Source: Candidatus Nomurabacteria bacterium RIFCSPLOWO2_12_FULL_46_14 (GTDB lineage Bacteria > Patescibacteriota > Minisyncoccia > Phycocordibacterales > UBA9973). Taken from it: a DNA stretch of 32,681 nucleotides. The position numbers and the translations under genes were made by a program. Below the pieces are notes generated by a model, which worked only from the letters and a program-made list of their open reading frames with translations, made no database searches and was not told the origin of the DNA. This document shows positions 14,536 through 21,910 of the stretch, piece after piece. The stretch is taken from assembly GCA_001786225.1 (NCBI GenBank), contig MFVV01000033.1, forward strand, positions 3,336-36,016, given 5' to 3'. Position 1 is the stretch's first letter, and each line of letters starts with the position of its first letter.

Positions 14536-17025
14536 ATGAAAAGAAAGTGGTACCGAAACCGCAATCTGCTAAAAAATATGGGGCTTTTTGCCGCCGGTAT
14601 ACTAGTCTTACTCTCCGCTTTTGGCGCAATCTGGGTTGCCTCCTTCCGGATTCCGGATTTCAATTCCTTTGAAAACCGCAAGGTGGTCAATTCCACCCAA
14701 ATTTTTGACCGTACCGGTGAAGTCCTGCTCTATGACATCCATCGCGACATAAGGCGCACCAATGTTCCTTTTGAAAAAATGAGCGCTAACATCAAAAACG
14801 CGACGGTGGCGATTGAGGATTCGGAATTTTACAACCACGGCGGCATCCGCATCACCTCTATTATGCGCGCGGTGCTCTCCAACATTCTCGGCCTGGGTCG
14901 GACCCAGGGCGGCTCCACCATAACCCAGCAATTGGTAAAAAACACCCTGCTGACCTCCAAAAAAACTTACAGCCGGAAGATAAAAGAGTGGTTCCTGGCG
15001 ATGAAGATTGACAACTCCATGCCTAAGGAAAAAATATTGGAGTATTACCTCAATGAGAATCCCTACGGCGGCAATATCTACGGCATTGAGGAAGCCGCCC
15101 GGACTTATTTCAAAAAAAGCGCCGAGGACCTGTCCATTGCCGAAGCGGCTTACTTGGCGGCCATCCCCCAGTCCCCCACCGCCCTCTCGCCCTACGGCCG
15201 AAATCCGGACCGACTGGAGTCTCGCAAAAATCTGGTGCTCTCTCGGATGCTAGACTTGAAATTTATCAGCCGGGAAGAATACAATCGGGCCAAGGCGGAA
15301 ATTGTGGTCTTCGCTCCGGAGCAGAAAACGGGCATCAAGGCGCCTCACTTTGTTTTTTTCATCAAAGATTATCTGGAAAGGAAATACGGCGAAGAAAAAG
15401 TCGCGGAGGGACTCAAAGTAACTACGACTCTGGATTACTCTTTGCAGGAGAGGGCGGAGCAAATAGTCAAAGAAGGCGCCCTCCGGAATGAAAAGGACTG
15501 GAACGGCGAGAACGCGGGGTTGGTGGCCATAGACCCCAAAACGGGACAGATAATAACCATGGTGGGCTCGCGAGATTATTTTGATAAAGAAATTGACGGC
15601 AATTACAATGTGGCCACCGCCTTAAGACAGCCGGGTTCTTCCTTCAAGCCCTTCATCTATGCCACGGCTTTTGGCAAGGGGTTTACTCCCGACACTGTTT
15701 TATTTGATTTGCCGACCGAATTCAATCCGTCCTGCAGTCCCTACGGCGGAGATGGAGCCAATTGCTATATGCCCCAGAATTTTGACGGCAAAACCCGGGG
15801 GCCGATAAGCCTGCGGAACGCCTTGGCCCAATCCATCAACATTCCGGCGGTCAAGCTTTTGTACCTGGTGGGCTTAAACGACGCCATCCGGGTCGCGGAA
15901 AACATGGGCATCAGCACCTTGACCGACCCGGACCGTTACGGCCTGACTCTGGTCATCGGCGGTGGCGAAGTAACCCTGTTGGATATGACTTCCGCTTACG
16001 GAGTTTTTGCCGCAGGCGGCGTTCGGCGTCCCTATACCGGAATTTTAAAAGTGGAAGACCGGAACGGCAGAGCGCTGGAAGAATTCTCCCCAGAGGAAAA
16101 AGAAGTTCTGCCCAAGAATACCGCCTTGATTATTTCCGACATCCTCTCGGACAACGCCAGCCGGGCGCCAACCTTCGGCCCAGCATCGTTGCTTTTCCTG
16201 CCCGGCAAAGACGTGGCGGCCAAGACCGGAACCACCAACAGCAACCGGGACGCCTGGACTATGGGCTACAGCCCCGGTGTCGTGGTTGGAGTCTGGGCTG
16301 GTAATAATGACAATACCCCCATGAAAAAGGGGGGGGTGGCCATGGCTGGCCCAATCTGGAACAAATTTATGAACGAAGCCCTGAAAGTATTGCCGGATGA
16401 AAACTTTGAAGAACCCAATCTCTACGCGGACCCCGAAGTGGTCAAGCCTATTCTCCGGGGATTCTGGCAGGGCAACGAAACTTTTGTCATTGATAGAATT
16501 TCGGGTGGCCTGGCCACCGCGGCTACGCCTCCGGAGACGAGAGAAGAAAAAGCGCTTTACAATGTTCACACGATACTTTATTGGGTGAATCGCAAAGATA
16601 TCTTGGGCCCTCCGCCCGGGAACCCGGGGAGCGACCCGCAATTCGCGCATTGGGAGAGGGGGGTGCAGGATTGGTGGGCGCGCAATAGTGGGCAATACTC
16701 TCTCGCTTCCCCGCCATCAGTACCTGACAGTGTGCATGTGAGCGGCCTAAGGCCGGTTTTGAACATTTTAGAGCCGAACAGCACGGCTTTATACGATGAA
16801 GGACAGCGAATTACCATCAAGGTCGCAAGTCTGGGCGCGTACCCGATTAAAAAAATGGATGTCTTCGTCAATGGAATTTACCTCGGTAGCGCCGACGCCA
16901 ATCTGAACTTTTCTTTTATCCCCGGAGAATTGGATAATCTTATGCCGGTGAATGACTTGCGTCTCTCTTACCAAGATACCGCCTGGAACCGAGGAGAAAC
17001 GCTCTCAACCTTCAGGATGAAATAA
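14536..17025 (+). CDS. ponA: class A penicillin-binding protein (GT51 transglycosylase plus transpeptidase) with a C-terminal Ig-like extension
   Basis: GT51 motifs: EDSEFYNHGGI, GGSTITQQLVKN, RKIKEW. Transpeptidase motifs: SSFKP (SxxK), SIN (SxN), KTGTT. There is an extra about 150-aa beta-rich tail. Confidence 0.95.
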   Translation: MKRKWYRNRNLLKNMGLFAAGILVLLSAFGAIWVASFRIPDFNSFENRKVVNSTQIFDRTGEVLLYDIHRDIRRTNVPFEKMSANIKNATVAIEDSEFYNHGGIRITSIMRAVLSNILGLGRTQGGSTITQQLVKNTLLTSKKTYSRKIKEWFLAMKIDNSMPKEKILEYYLNENPYGGNIYGIEEAARTYFKKSAEDLSIAEAAYLAAIPQSPTALSPYGRNPDRLESRKNLVLSRMLDLKFISREEYNRAKAEIVVFAPEQKTGIKAPHFVFFIKDYLERKYGEEKVAEGLKVTTTLDYSLQERAEQIVKEGALRNEKDWNGENAGLVAIDPKTGQIITMVGSRDYFDKEIDGNYNVATALRQPGSSFKPFIYATAFGKGFTPDTVLFDLPTEFNPSCSPYGGDGANCYMPQNFDGKTRGPISLRNALAQSINIPAVKLLYLVGLNDAIRVAENMGISTLTDPDRYGLTLVIGGGEVTLLDMTSAYGVFAAGGVRRPYTGILKVEDRNGRALEEFSPEEKEVLPKNTALIISDILSDNASRAPTFGPASLLFLPGKDVAAKTGTTNSNRDAWTMGYSPGVVVGVWAGNNDNTPMKKGGVAMAGPIWNKFMNEALKVLPDENFEEPNLYADPEVVKPILRGFWQGNETFVIDRISGGLATAATPPETREEKALYNVHTILYWVNRKDILGPPPGNPGSDPQFAHWERGVQDWWARNSGQYSLASPPSVPDSVHVSGLRPVLNILEPNSTALYDEGQRITIKVASLGAYPIKKMDVFVNGIYLGSADANLNFSFIPGELDNLMPVNDLRLSYQDTAWNRGETLSTFRMK

Positions 17026-17044
17026 CTACTTATTTATCCCGTTT

Positions 17045-18145
17045 TCATGCGGGATTCATCGGCATAATCAGATACAAAAAAGAGCTGTCCCCGACTCCCT
17101 CAATCACCATAGGCTTACCGGAGTGATTTAAGCTTATGGAGATGCTATCCGCACCGAGGGATTGGAAGCAGTCCAAAAAATATTTGTAGTTAAAGGAAAG
17201 CTCCAGATTCTCGCCCTCTAGGGCGCCGTCCAGATAGGTCTTATTTTCGCCGACATCGTTGTTGGCCGAAGAAAGCTCAAAAATTTTCTCTTTGGGCCGG
17301 ACGCTTAAATTGAGCTGGTTCCACTTGTCGGAAAACACATTAGAGAGCTTGAGCGCGTTCAAAAGGTCCTGCTTGAGGACAATGGCCTTAGTCTCTCTAT
17401 TTTTAGGAATAATTTGGCGATAGTCCGGGAAGATTCCGTCTAGGACGCGGGAAGTCAAATAAACATTATGAGCGGTGAAAGAAATTTGGTTCTTGTTAAA
17501 GCAAACCTTGACCTCTTCATTCAACTCCCCCAGCACCCTTAGGATATCCGGAATATTCCGGAAGGGAATCAAAATTCCGGGGATGTCCGGCAACCCTTTA
17601 ACTTTTATCTTTTTCTCCGCCAAGCGGAAGGAATCGGTAGCGACAAAACGGAGCTGTCCGTCCTCGGCATAGAGGAAGACACTGGAAATCTCCGGCTTTA
17701 TGTCTGAGGGCGAAGAGCTGTAAGACACCGACTTTATGCCTTCTACCAGTTTCTTGGCTTCTATCTCAAAAGATGTTCCAACCACCGCGGGGATGGTGGG
17801 GAAATCGTCGTGGCTCTGGCCTTTCAATCTTATTCTGCTCTTTTGGGTTTTAATGGAGAGGTTGCCGTCCAAACTCTCCAATTCCGCGTTTTCGTTTTGA
17901 AATATATTGGAAAACACTCCGGCTAAAACCGAGCCGGCGACGGCAACAATGCCTTCTTTTTCCACCTTGGCGGGTATCTCCGCTTCAATACCCAAGCTTA
18001 GGTTGGTAGCCCGCAATTTTATAGACTTACCGGAAGCGATTAAAAGCAGAGAATTCAAAACCGGCAGAGTAAGATTTTTACCGGTTATTCTTTCAGTCTT
18101 CCATATAGCGTCTTTTATTTTTTCTACTTCGCATTGTGCTTTCAT
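17045..18145 (-). CDS. dnaN: DNA polymerase III beta sliding clamp
   Basis: 366 aa, immediately downstream of dnaA. It has typical three-domain length and an N-terminus KNLTLPVLNSLLLIASGKSIKLRATNLSLGIE. The C-terminus ends with MPMNP. Confidence 0.9.
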   Translation of the reverse strand: MKAQCEVEKIKDAIWKTERITGKNLTLPVLNSLLLIASGKSIKLRATNLSLGIEAEIPAKVEKEGIVAVAGSVLAGVFSNIFQNENAELESLDGNLSIKTQKSRIRLKGQSHDDFPTIPAVVGTSFEIEAKKLVEGIKSVSYSSSPSDIKPEISSVFLYAEDGQLRFVATDSFRLAEKKIKVKGLPDIPGILIPFRNIPDILRVLGELNEEVKVCFNKNQISFTAHNVYLTSRVLDGIFPDYRQIIPKNRETKAIVLKQDLLNALKLSNVFSDKWNQLNLSVRPKEKIFELSSANNDVGENKTYLDGALEGENLELSFNYKYFLDCFQSLGADSISISLNHSGKPMVIEGVGDSSFLYLIMPMNPA

Positions 18146-18197
18146 ATGTTTATATCTTTCTTTATTTAAATTATTAATACTATTAGGGCAGTTAATA

Positions 18198-18206
18198 AGT
18201 GGATAA
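18198..18206 (-). promoter_or_regulatory. DnaA-box-like 9-mer TTATCCACT (8/9) in the dnaA-dnaN spacer, next to an AT-only tract at 18229..18250
   Basis: The plus strand reads AGTGGATAA. The 112-bp spacer is very AT-rich. Confidence 0.35.
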
Positions 18207-18257
18207 GATGTTTTTGTCTTGGCGGGTAATATTTAAAAAAATATTTTTAACTGAATA

Positions 18258-19604
18258 TCACCTGAACATTATTCTTATTTGGTCTAACTCCTGAGAGAGC
18301 TGGGGGTCGGTTTTTATTTCTTCTTTTATTTTGAGATAGGAATGGATGACGGTGGTATGGTCCTTGCCGCCTAGTTTTTGACCGATTAGGGGGTAAGAAA
18401 CATTAAAGTCCTCCCGCAGGAGATACATTACCACCTGCCTGGCTCGGACAATTTCTTTCCGCCTGGTTTTTTCGTATATTGAGTTTTCGTCCAGATTGTA
18501 ATGCTCACTGACCACCTTGACCACGTCCTTAATGGCCACGGTTTTCTTGGGTTTGATGTTGTTTTTAAGCAGATTTTTCACTTCCACGGCGGTTAGGGGC
18601 TTGTTCTTTAGGCGATATTGGCAGAGAATCGTGTTCAAGCTTCCCTCCAGCTCCCTAATGTTGCCGAAAATAGCTGTAGCCACATACTCCATTATTTCTG
18701 GAGGCAGTTTGAGACCCAACTCCTCGGCTTTTACCTTAAGGATGGCCAGCCGGGATTCGTACTCCGGCTCAATAATGTCCACTATCATTCCCGCCGCGAA
18801 ACGGGATTTCAGCCGGTCGGCAAGCTCCGGTATGTGGTTGGGATGCTTGTCGGAGGAAAATATTATCTGCTTGTTGCTTTCGTGAAAAGTGTTGAAGGTG
18901 TGGAAAAGCTCTTCCTGGATTTTCTCCATTTTGCCGATGAACTGGATGTCGTCGATAATCAGGAGGTCGTACTTCCGATATTTTTCCTTGAAGGAATTAG
19001 CCTTGTTGCCCTGCAGGGAGTTTATGAAATCAGTGGCAAATTTTTCCAAAGTCATATAATGGACCTTTTTCTCCGGGAACTTGTCTTTAATGGAGTTGCC
19101 AATGGCCTGGATTAGGTGGGTTTTACCCAAGCCTGTGCCGCCATAGACAAAAAACGGATTATATTTTGTCCCCGGGCTCTCAATAATGGCTTGAGAGGCG
19201 GCGTAGGCCAGTTCATTGAAGCCTCCGACGATGAAAGAGTCAAAGCGATAGCGGGAGTTGAGATTGTCTTCCGGATTTATGTAAAGGTCCCGGAGTGGCA
19301 GTTCCTTATTGCTACCGTAAACCGCGCCGGCGGCCGATATCTCCTGCTTTTCCGATTCTATTTTGGTAATGACGTATTCCACCGCCCGCATATTTTCATA
19401 GGCGTCGGCAATGGTCTTGGTGATAAGTTTGTGGTATTTGTTTTTCAGCCAGTCCCGGACAAATTCATTGGGTACGGCAATGTAAATTATGCCCGTTTCT
19501 TCCCTTAGAATGGAGGTATTCCGGAACCAGGTGCTGAAATTCGCTTTTGAAACCCCGGTTTCTATCTCCGTGAGGCAGTTTTGCCAAAGTTCTTTTGTGT
19601 CCAT
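18258..19604 (-). CDS. dnaA: chromosomal replication initiator DnaA
   Basis: Walker A GGTGLGKTHL, Walker B LLIIDDIQF, and sensor/box VII SDKHPNHIPELADRLKSRF. C-terminal DNA-binding domain: RRKEIVRARQVVMYLLRE...IGQKLGGKDHTTVIHS. Confidence 0.95.
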   Translation of the reverse strand: MDTKELWQNCLTEIETGVSKANFSTWFRNTSILREETGIIYIAVPNEFVRDWLKNKYHKLITKTIADAYENMRAVEYVITKIESEKQEISAAGAVYGSNKELPLRDLYINPEDNLNSRYRFDSFIVGGFNELAYAASQAIIESPGTKYNPFFVYGGTGLGKTHLIQAIGNSIKDKFPEKKVHYMTLEKFATDFINSLQGNKANSFKEKYRKYDLLIIDDIQFIGKMEKIQEELFHTFNTFHESNKQIIFSSDKHPNHIPELADRLKSRFAAGMIVDIIEPEYESRLAILKVKAEELGLKLPPEIMEYVATAIFGNIRELEGSLNTILCQYRLKNKPLTAVEVKNLLKNNIKPKKTVAIKDVVKVVSEHYNLDENSIYEKTRRKEIVRARQVVMYLLREDFNVSYPLIGQKLGGKDHTTVIHSYLKIKEEIKTDPQLSQELDQIRIMFR

Positions 19605-19664
19605 AATGATTCATCATTATACTCCCCAAGCGCGAATAGCAAGCAATTTTTAACTTACTAACTC

Positions 19665-19673
19665 TGTTGATAA
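19665..19673 (-). promoter_or_regulatory. DnaA-box-like 9-mer (plus strand TGTTGATAA, 8/9 to TGTGGATAA) in the dnaA/rpmH divergent spacer
   Basis: Sequence match only. A weaker 7/9 site, GGTGGAAAA, follows at 19676..19684. Confidence 0.3.
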
Positions 19674-19731
19674 TCGGTGGAAAAAAATACAAGCAGTTGC
19701 CTAAAGCCTGATTTTAGTATAAAATCATTAT

Positions 19732-19866
19732 ATGTCCCAAACATACCAGCCTAAAAAAAGAAAGCGAGCTAAGACCCACGGATTTTTAAAGAGACGAAAG
19801 AGTAAAACTGGCCAGCGGACGCTCCAGCGCCGCAGGAGAAAAGGCAGAGCCAGGCTCGCTGTTTAA
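19732..19866 (+). CDS. rpmH: 50S ribosomal protein L34 (not in the ORF track, 44 aa)
   Basis: [44 protein letters not shown] is the canonical L34 sequence pattern. It sits in the canonical position upstream of rnpA and divergent from dnaA. Confidence 0.95.
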   Translation: MSQTYQPKKRKRAKTHGFLKRRKSKTGQRTLQRRRRKGRARLAV

Positions 19867-19872
19867 TGTTTC

Positions 19873-19942
19873 GCAGGTTTCAGGTTTTTTCTCCCTCCTC
19901 GCACATTTACCGCCTTGTCGTTCGAAAAAACCTGAAACCTGC
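19873..19942 (+). terminator. 19-bp perfect hairpin (GCAGGTTTCAGGTTTTTTC / GAAAAAACCTGAAACCTGC) with a 32-nt GC-richer loop, between rpmH and rnpA
   Basis: The arms are 19873..19891 and 19924..19942, followed by TTTCAC. It could be an attenuator or terminator between rpmH and rnpA, or a small palindromic element. Confidence 0.5.
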
Positions 19943-19958
19943 TTTCACTTATAACTAA

Positions 19959-20282
19959 ATGATTCCAAAGAAAAACAGGGTCAACCGCAAAGAAATTGAT
20001 GAAATTTTTAGGCGCGGACGCTCGCTATATTCCCCGAGCTTAACTCTTAGGTTTGTTTGGAATAAAGAAAAACTGCCCCCCAAGATTTCCTTCATCACGC
20101 CTAAAACGTTATTCCCTAAAGCTGTTAAACGCAACTTGCTCCGCCGGCGCGGCTATGCCGCGCTCCATCCCAACTTGAGCCGATTCCCTGTGGGCATATC
20201 GGGAGTTTTTATTTTCCAAAGACAGCCGAAATCCGTTTCCGCTCTAGAGGAAGAAATAGAAATAATTCTGGGGAAACTATGA
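19959..20282 (+). CDS. rnpA: ribonuclease P protein component
   Basis: 107 aa, basic. KKNRVNRKEIDEIFRRGRSLYSPSLTLRF and KAVKRNLLRRR (the RNR-like motif). Canonical rpmH-rnpA-yidD-yidC order. Confidence 0.9.
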   Translation: MIPKKNRVNRKEIDEIFRRGRSLYSPSLTLRFVWNKEKLPPKISFITPKTLFPKAVKRNLLRRRGYAALHPNLSRFPVGISGVFIFQRQPKSVSALEEEIEIILGKL

Positions 20283-20488
20283 AAAAAGCCTTAATTAATT
20301 TAATTGTCTTTTACCAAAAAAGAATTAGCGTATTTAAGAAAAAAAGCTGTGTTTTTTACCCTACTTGCTCCGAATATGCCAAAGAGGCGATTCGGAAATA
20401 TGGCGCCCTCCGGGGCGCTTGGCTCTCTCTACGCAGAATCCTGCGCTGTCATCCCTGGCAAAAAAATCATATTGACCCGGTTAAATAA
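20279..20488 (+). CDS. yidD: membrane protein insertion efficiency factor YidD
   Basis: YQKRIS....CVFYPTCSEYAKEAIRKYGALRGAWLSLRRILRCHPW is the YidD signature. It has an ATGA overlap with rnpA. Confidence 0.9.
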   Translation: MKKALINLIVFYQKRISVFKKKSCVFYPTCSEYAKEAIRKYGALRGAWLSLRRILRCHPWQKNHIDPVK

Positions 20489-20584
20489 AGAAAAATAATC
20501 GAGAAAAAGCGACGGGTGGGGGCGTGCCGTTCCGAGCGAAGCGAGGAATGGGGTTAAGGAGTTTTTTCCCGATTATTTTTCTTT
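20487..20584 (+). terminator. 98-nt imperfect hairpin element: AT-only stem (about 23 bp) enclosing a 50-nt GC-rich loop with its own inner hairpin
   Basis: AAAGAAAAATAATCG (20487..20501) pairs with CGATTATTTTTCTTT (20570..20584), extended by GAAAAAGC/GTTTTTTC. The inner hairpin is CCGTTCC...GGAATGG (20528..20552). It lies between yidD and yidC. Confidence 0.45.
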
Positions 20585-20620
20585 ATTGAAATTATGGGTG
20601 AATTCATATAGAATGAAAAA

Positions 20621-21364
20621 ATGCTTGGAAATTTATGGGATATTTTTTTATACGAGCCCTTGGTAAACCTCCTAGCCTTCCTGGTATACATTATACCCGG
20701 AGGAGACATCGGTATTGCCATCATTCTGCTTACCGTGCTGGTGAAAGCCGCTCTTTTCCCCCTATCTCAGCGCTCTATTCTAGGCCAGGCCAAAATGGCT
20801 CTCCTGGCTCCAGAGCTAAACAAAATAAAGGCAAGCGGCAAGAGTAAGGAAGAACAGGCTAAAGACACCTTCGAGCTTTACAAAAAACATAAAGCCAACC
20901 CTTTTTCCGGCTGTTTACTCATGCTGATTCAGATACCGATAATATTCGCCCTGTATTATGTTTTTTTAAGAGGGATAAACTTCGACAGCGGAATTTTGTA
21001 TTCCTTTATGCCGGTTCCAGAGAAAGTGAACATGATTTTTCTCGGTCTGGTCGATGTCAGCCAGAAAAGTCTTGCCTTGGCGATACTGGCCGGGATTTCC
21101 CAATACTTCCAAGCGCACTTTATGCCCAAGCCCACTCCTCCCACCTCTGGCCAGGGCACCTTCGCAGACAGTTTCTCGAAAAGCATACATATTCAGATGA
21201 AGTATTTTTTCCCTTTCCTGATAGCCTTCTTTGCTTACACTCTCTCCGGCGCTATAGCTCTGTACTGGATAGCCAACAATGTATTCGCCACTCTGCAACA
21301 GCTTTATACCAACAAAAGGAAACATTTAATGTTGGCCAATAAATATGCCGATGAACAAAAATGA
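20621..21364 (+). CDS. yidC: membrane protein insertase YidC (short, Gram-positive/Oxa1-like form)
   Basis: 247 aa with five TM helices. Motifs: AIILLTVLVKAALFPLS, ELYKKHKANPFSGCLLMLIQIPIIFALY and ALYWIANNVFATLQQ. TAGAAT lies 6 nt upstream of the ATG. Confidence 0.9.
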   Translation: MLGNLWDIFLYEPLVNLLAFLVYIIPGGDIGIAIILLTVLVKAALFPLSQRSILGQAKMALLAPELNKIKASGKSKEEQAKDTFELYKKHKANPFSGCLLMLIQIPIIFALYYVFLRGINFDSGILYSFMPVPEKVNMIFLGLVDVSQKSLALAILAGISQYFQAHFMPKPTPPTSGQGTFADSFSKSIHIQMKYFFPFLIAFFAYTLSGAIALYWIANNVFATLQQLYTNKRKHLMLANKYADEQK

Positions 21365-21836
21365 GATTATTAATTTAATAAGAGAACTTATTGAGAGAAC
21401 TACCGTAGGCGTAGAGGCTATAAGCGTGGCTGAGAATGATGTTGCCAAAGGCAAAGACAGCGAAGAAACAATTTGGATTCAGGCAGAAGTCCGGGAGCCT
21501 TATTTTTTCCTGGACCGCGGCGGGGAGGGGCTGTCGGCCTTAAATCATGTAGTTCGCAAAATTGTTGAAGCCAGGGTGGAAGCGGAGACCCCCTTTAACA
21601 TTATGGTTGACATCAACGGCTTTCAGAGAAAGAAAATAGAAAATCTCAAAGCCGTGGCGCATATGATGGCGGAGCGCGCCCGATATTTCAAATCCAATAT
21701 TGAAATTGATCCCATGTCCGCTTTTGAGCGGCGGATAATCCACGAGTTTTTGTCCGATGCCGCCGACCTTAAAACCGAGTCAGCCGGAGAGGGGCCTAAC
21801 CGCCGAGTGGTTATTAAGTATATCGGAGGAATATAA
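21345..21836 (+). CDS. jag: Jag/KhpB-type RNA-binding protein (KH plus R3H domains)
   Basis: R3H motif FERRIIHEFL. It ends GEGPNRRVVIKY. It sits in the canonical position after yidC and overlaps the yidC stop by 20 nt. Confidence 0.8.
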   Translation: MPMNKNEIINLIRELIERTTVGVEAISVAENDVAKGKDSEETIWIQAEVREPYFFLDRGGEGLSALNHVVRKIVEARVEAETPFNIMVDINGFQRKKIENLKAVAHMMAERARYFKSNIEIDPMSAFERRIIHEFLSDAADLKTESAGEGPNRRVVIKYIGGI

Positions 21837-21910
21837 TAAAACAAAAAAATGTCTTATAAAGGCGTACGCAGGCTGACGAGCCGGCCTTTAGAAGATATTT
21901 TTTTGTTTTA
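21837..21910. terminator. 27-bp AT-rich hairpin with a 20-nt GC-rich loop between convergent genes (bidirectional terminator candidate)
   Basis: 21837..21863 pairs with 21884..21910, with one G.U and one mismatch. The arms touch the stop codons of both jag and the 21908 gene. Confidence 0.55.

Noticed and set aside
16045-16695. 216-aa minus-strand ORF (plus 16523..16871 ORFs) antisense to PBP1A
   Set aside because: It lies opposite the transpeptidase KTGTT region of a strongly supported gene. The translation is Arg/Pro/Gly-rich and low-complexity.
18517-19508. Three plus-strand ORFs (122, 165 and 130 aa) antisense to dnaA
   Set aside because: dnaA motifs are unambiguous on the minus strand. 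The antisense ORFs have no start context and no family resemblance.
21873-21880. CUGACGAG, which matches the hammerhead ribozyme CUGANGA core, inside the hairpin loop after jag
   Set aside because: No stem II hairpin, GAAA element or cleavage-site helix can be drawn on either strand. The octamer match is most likely chance.
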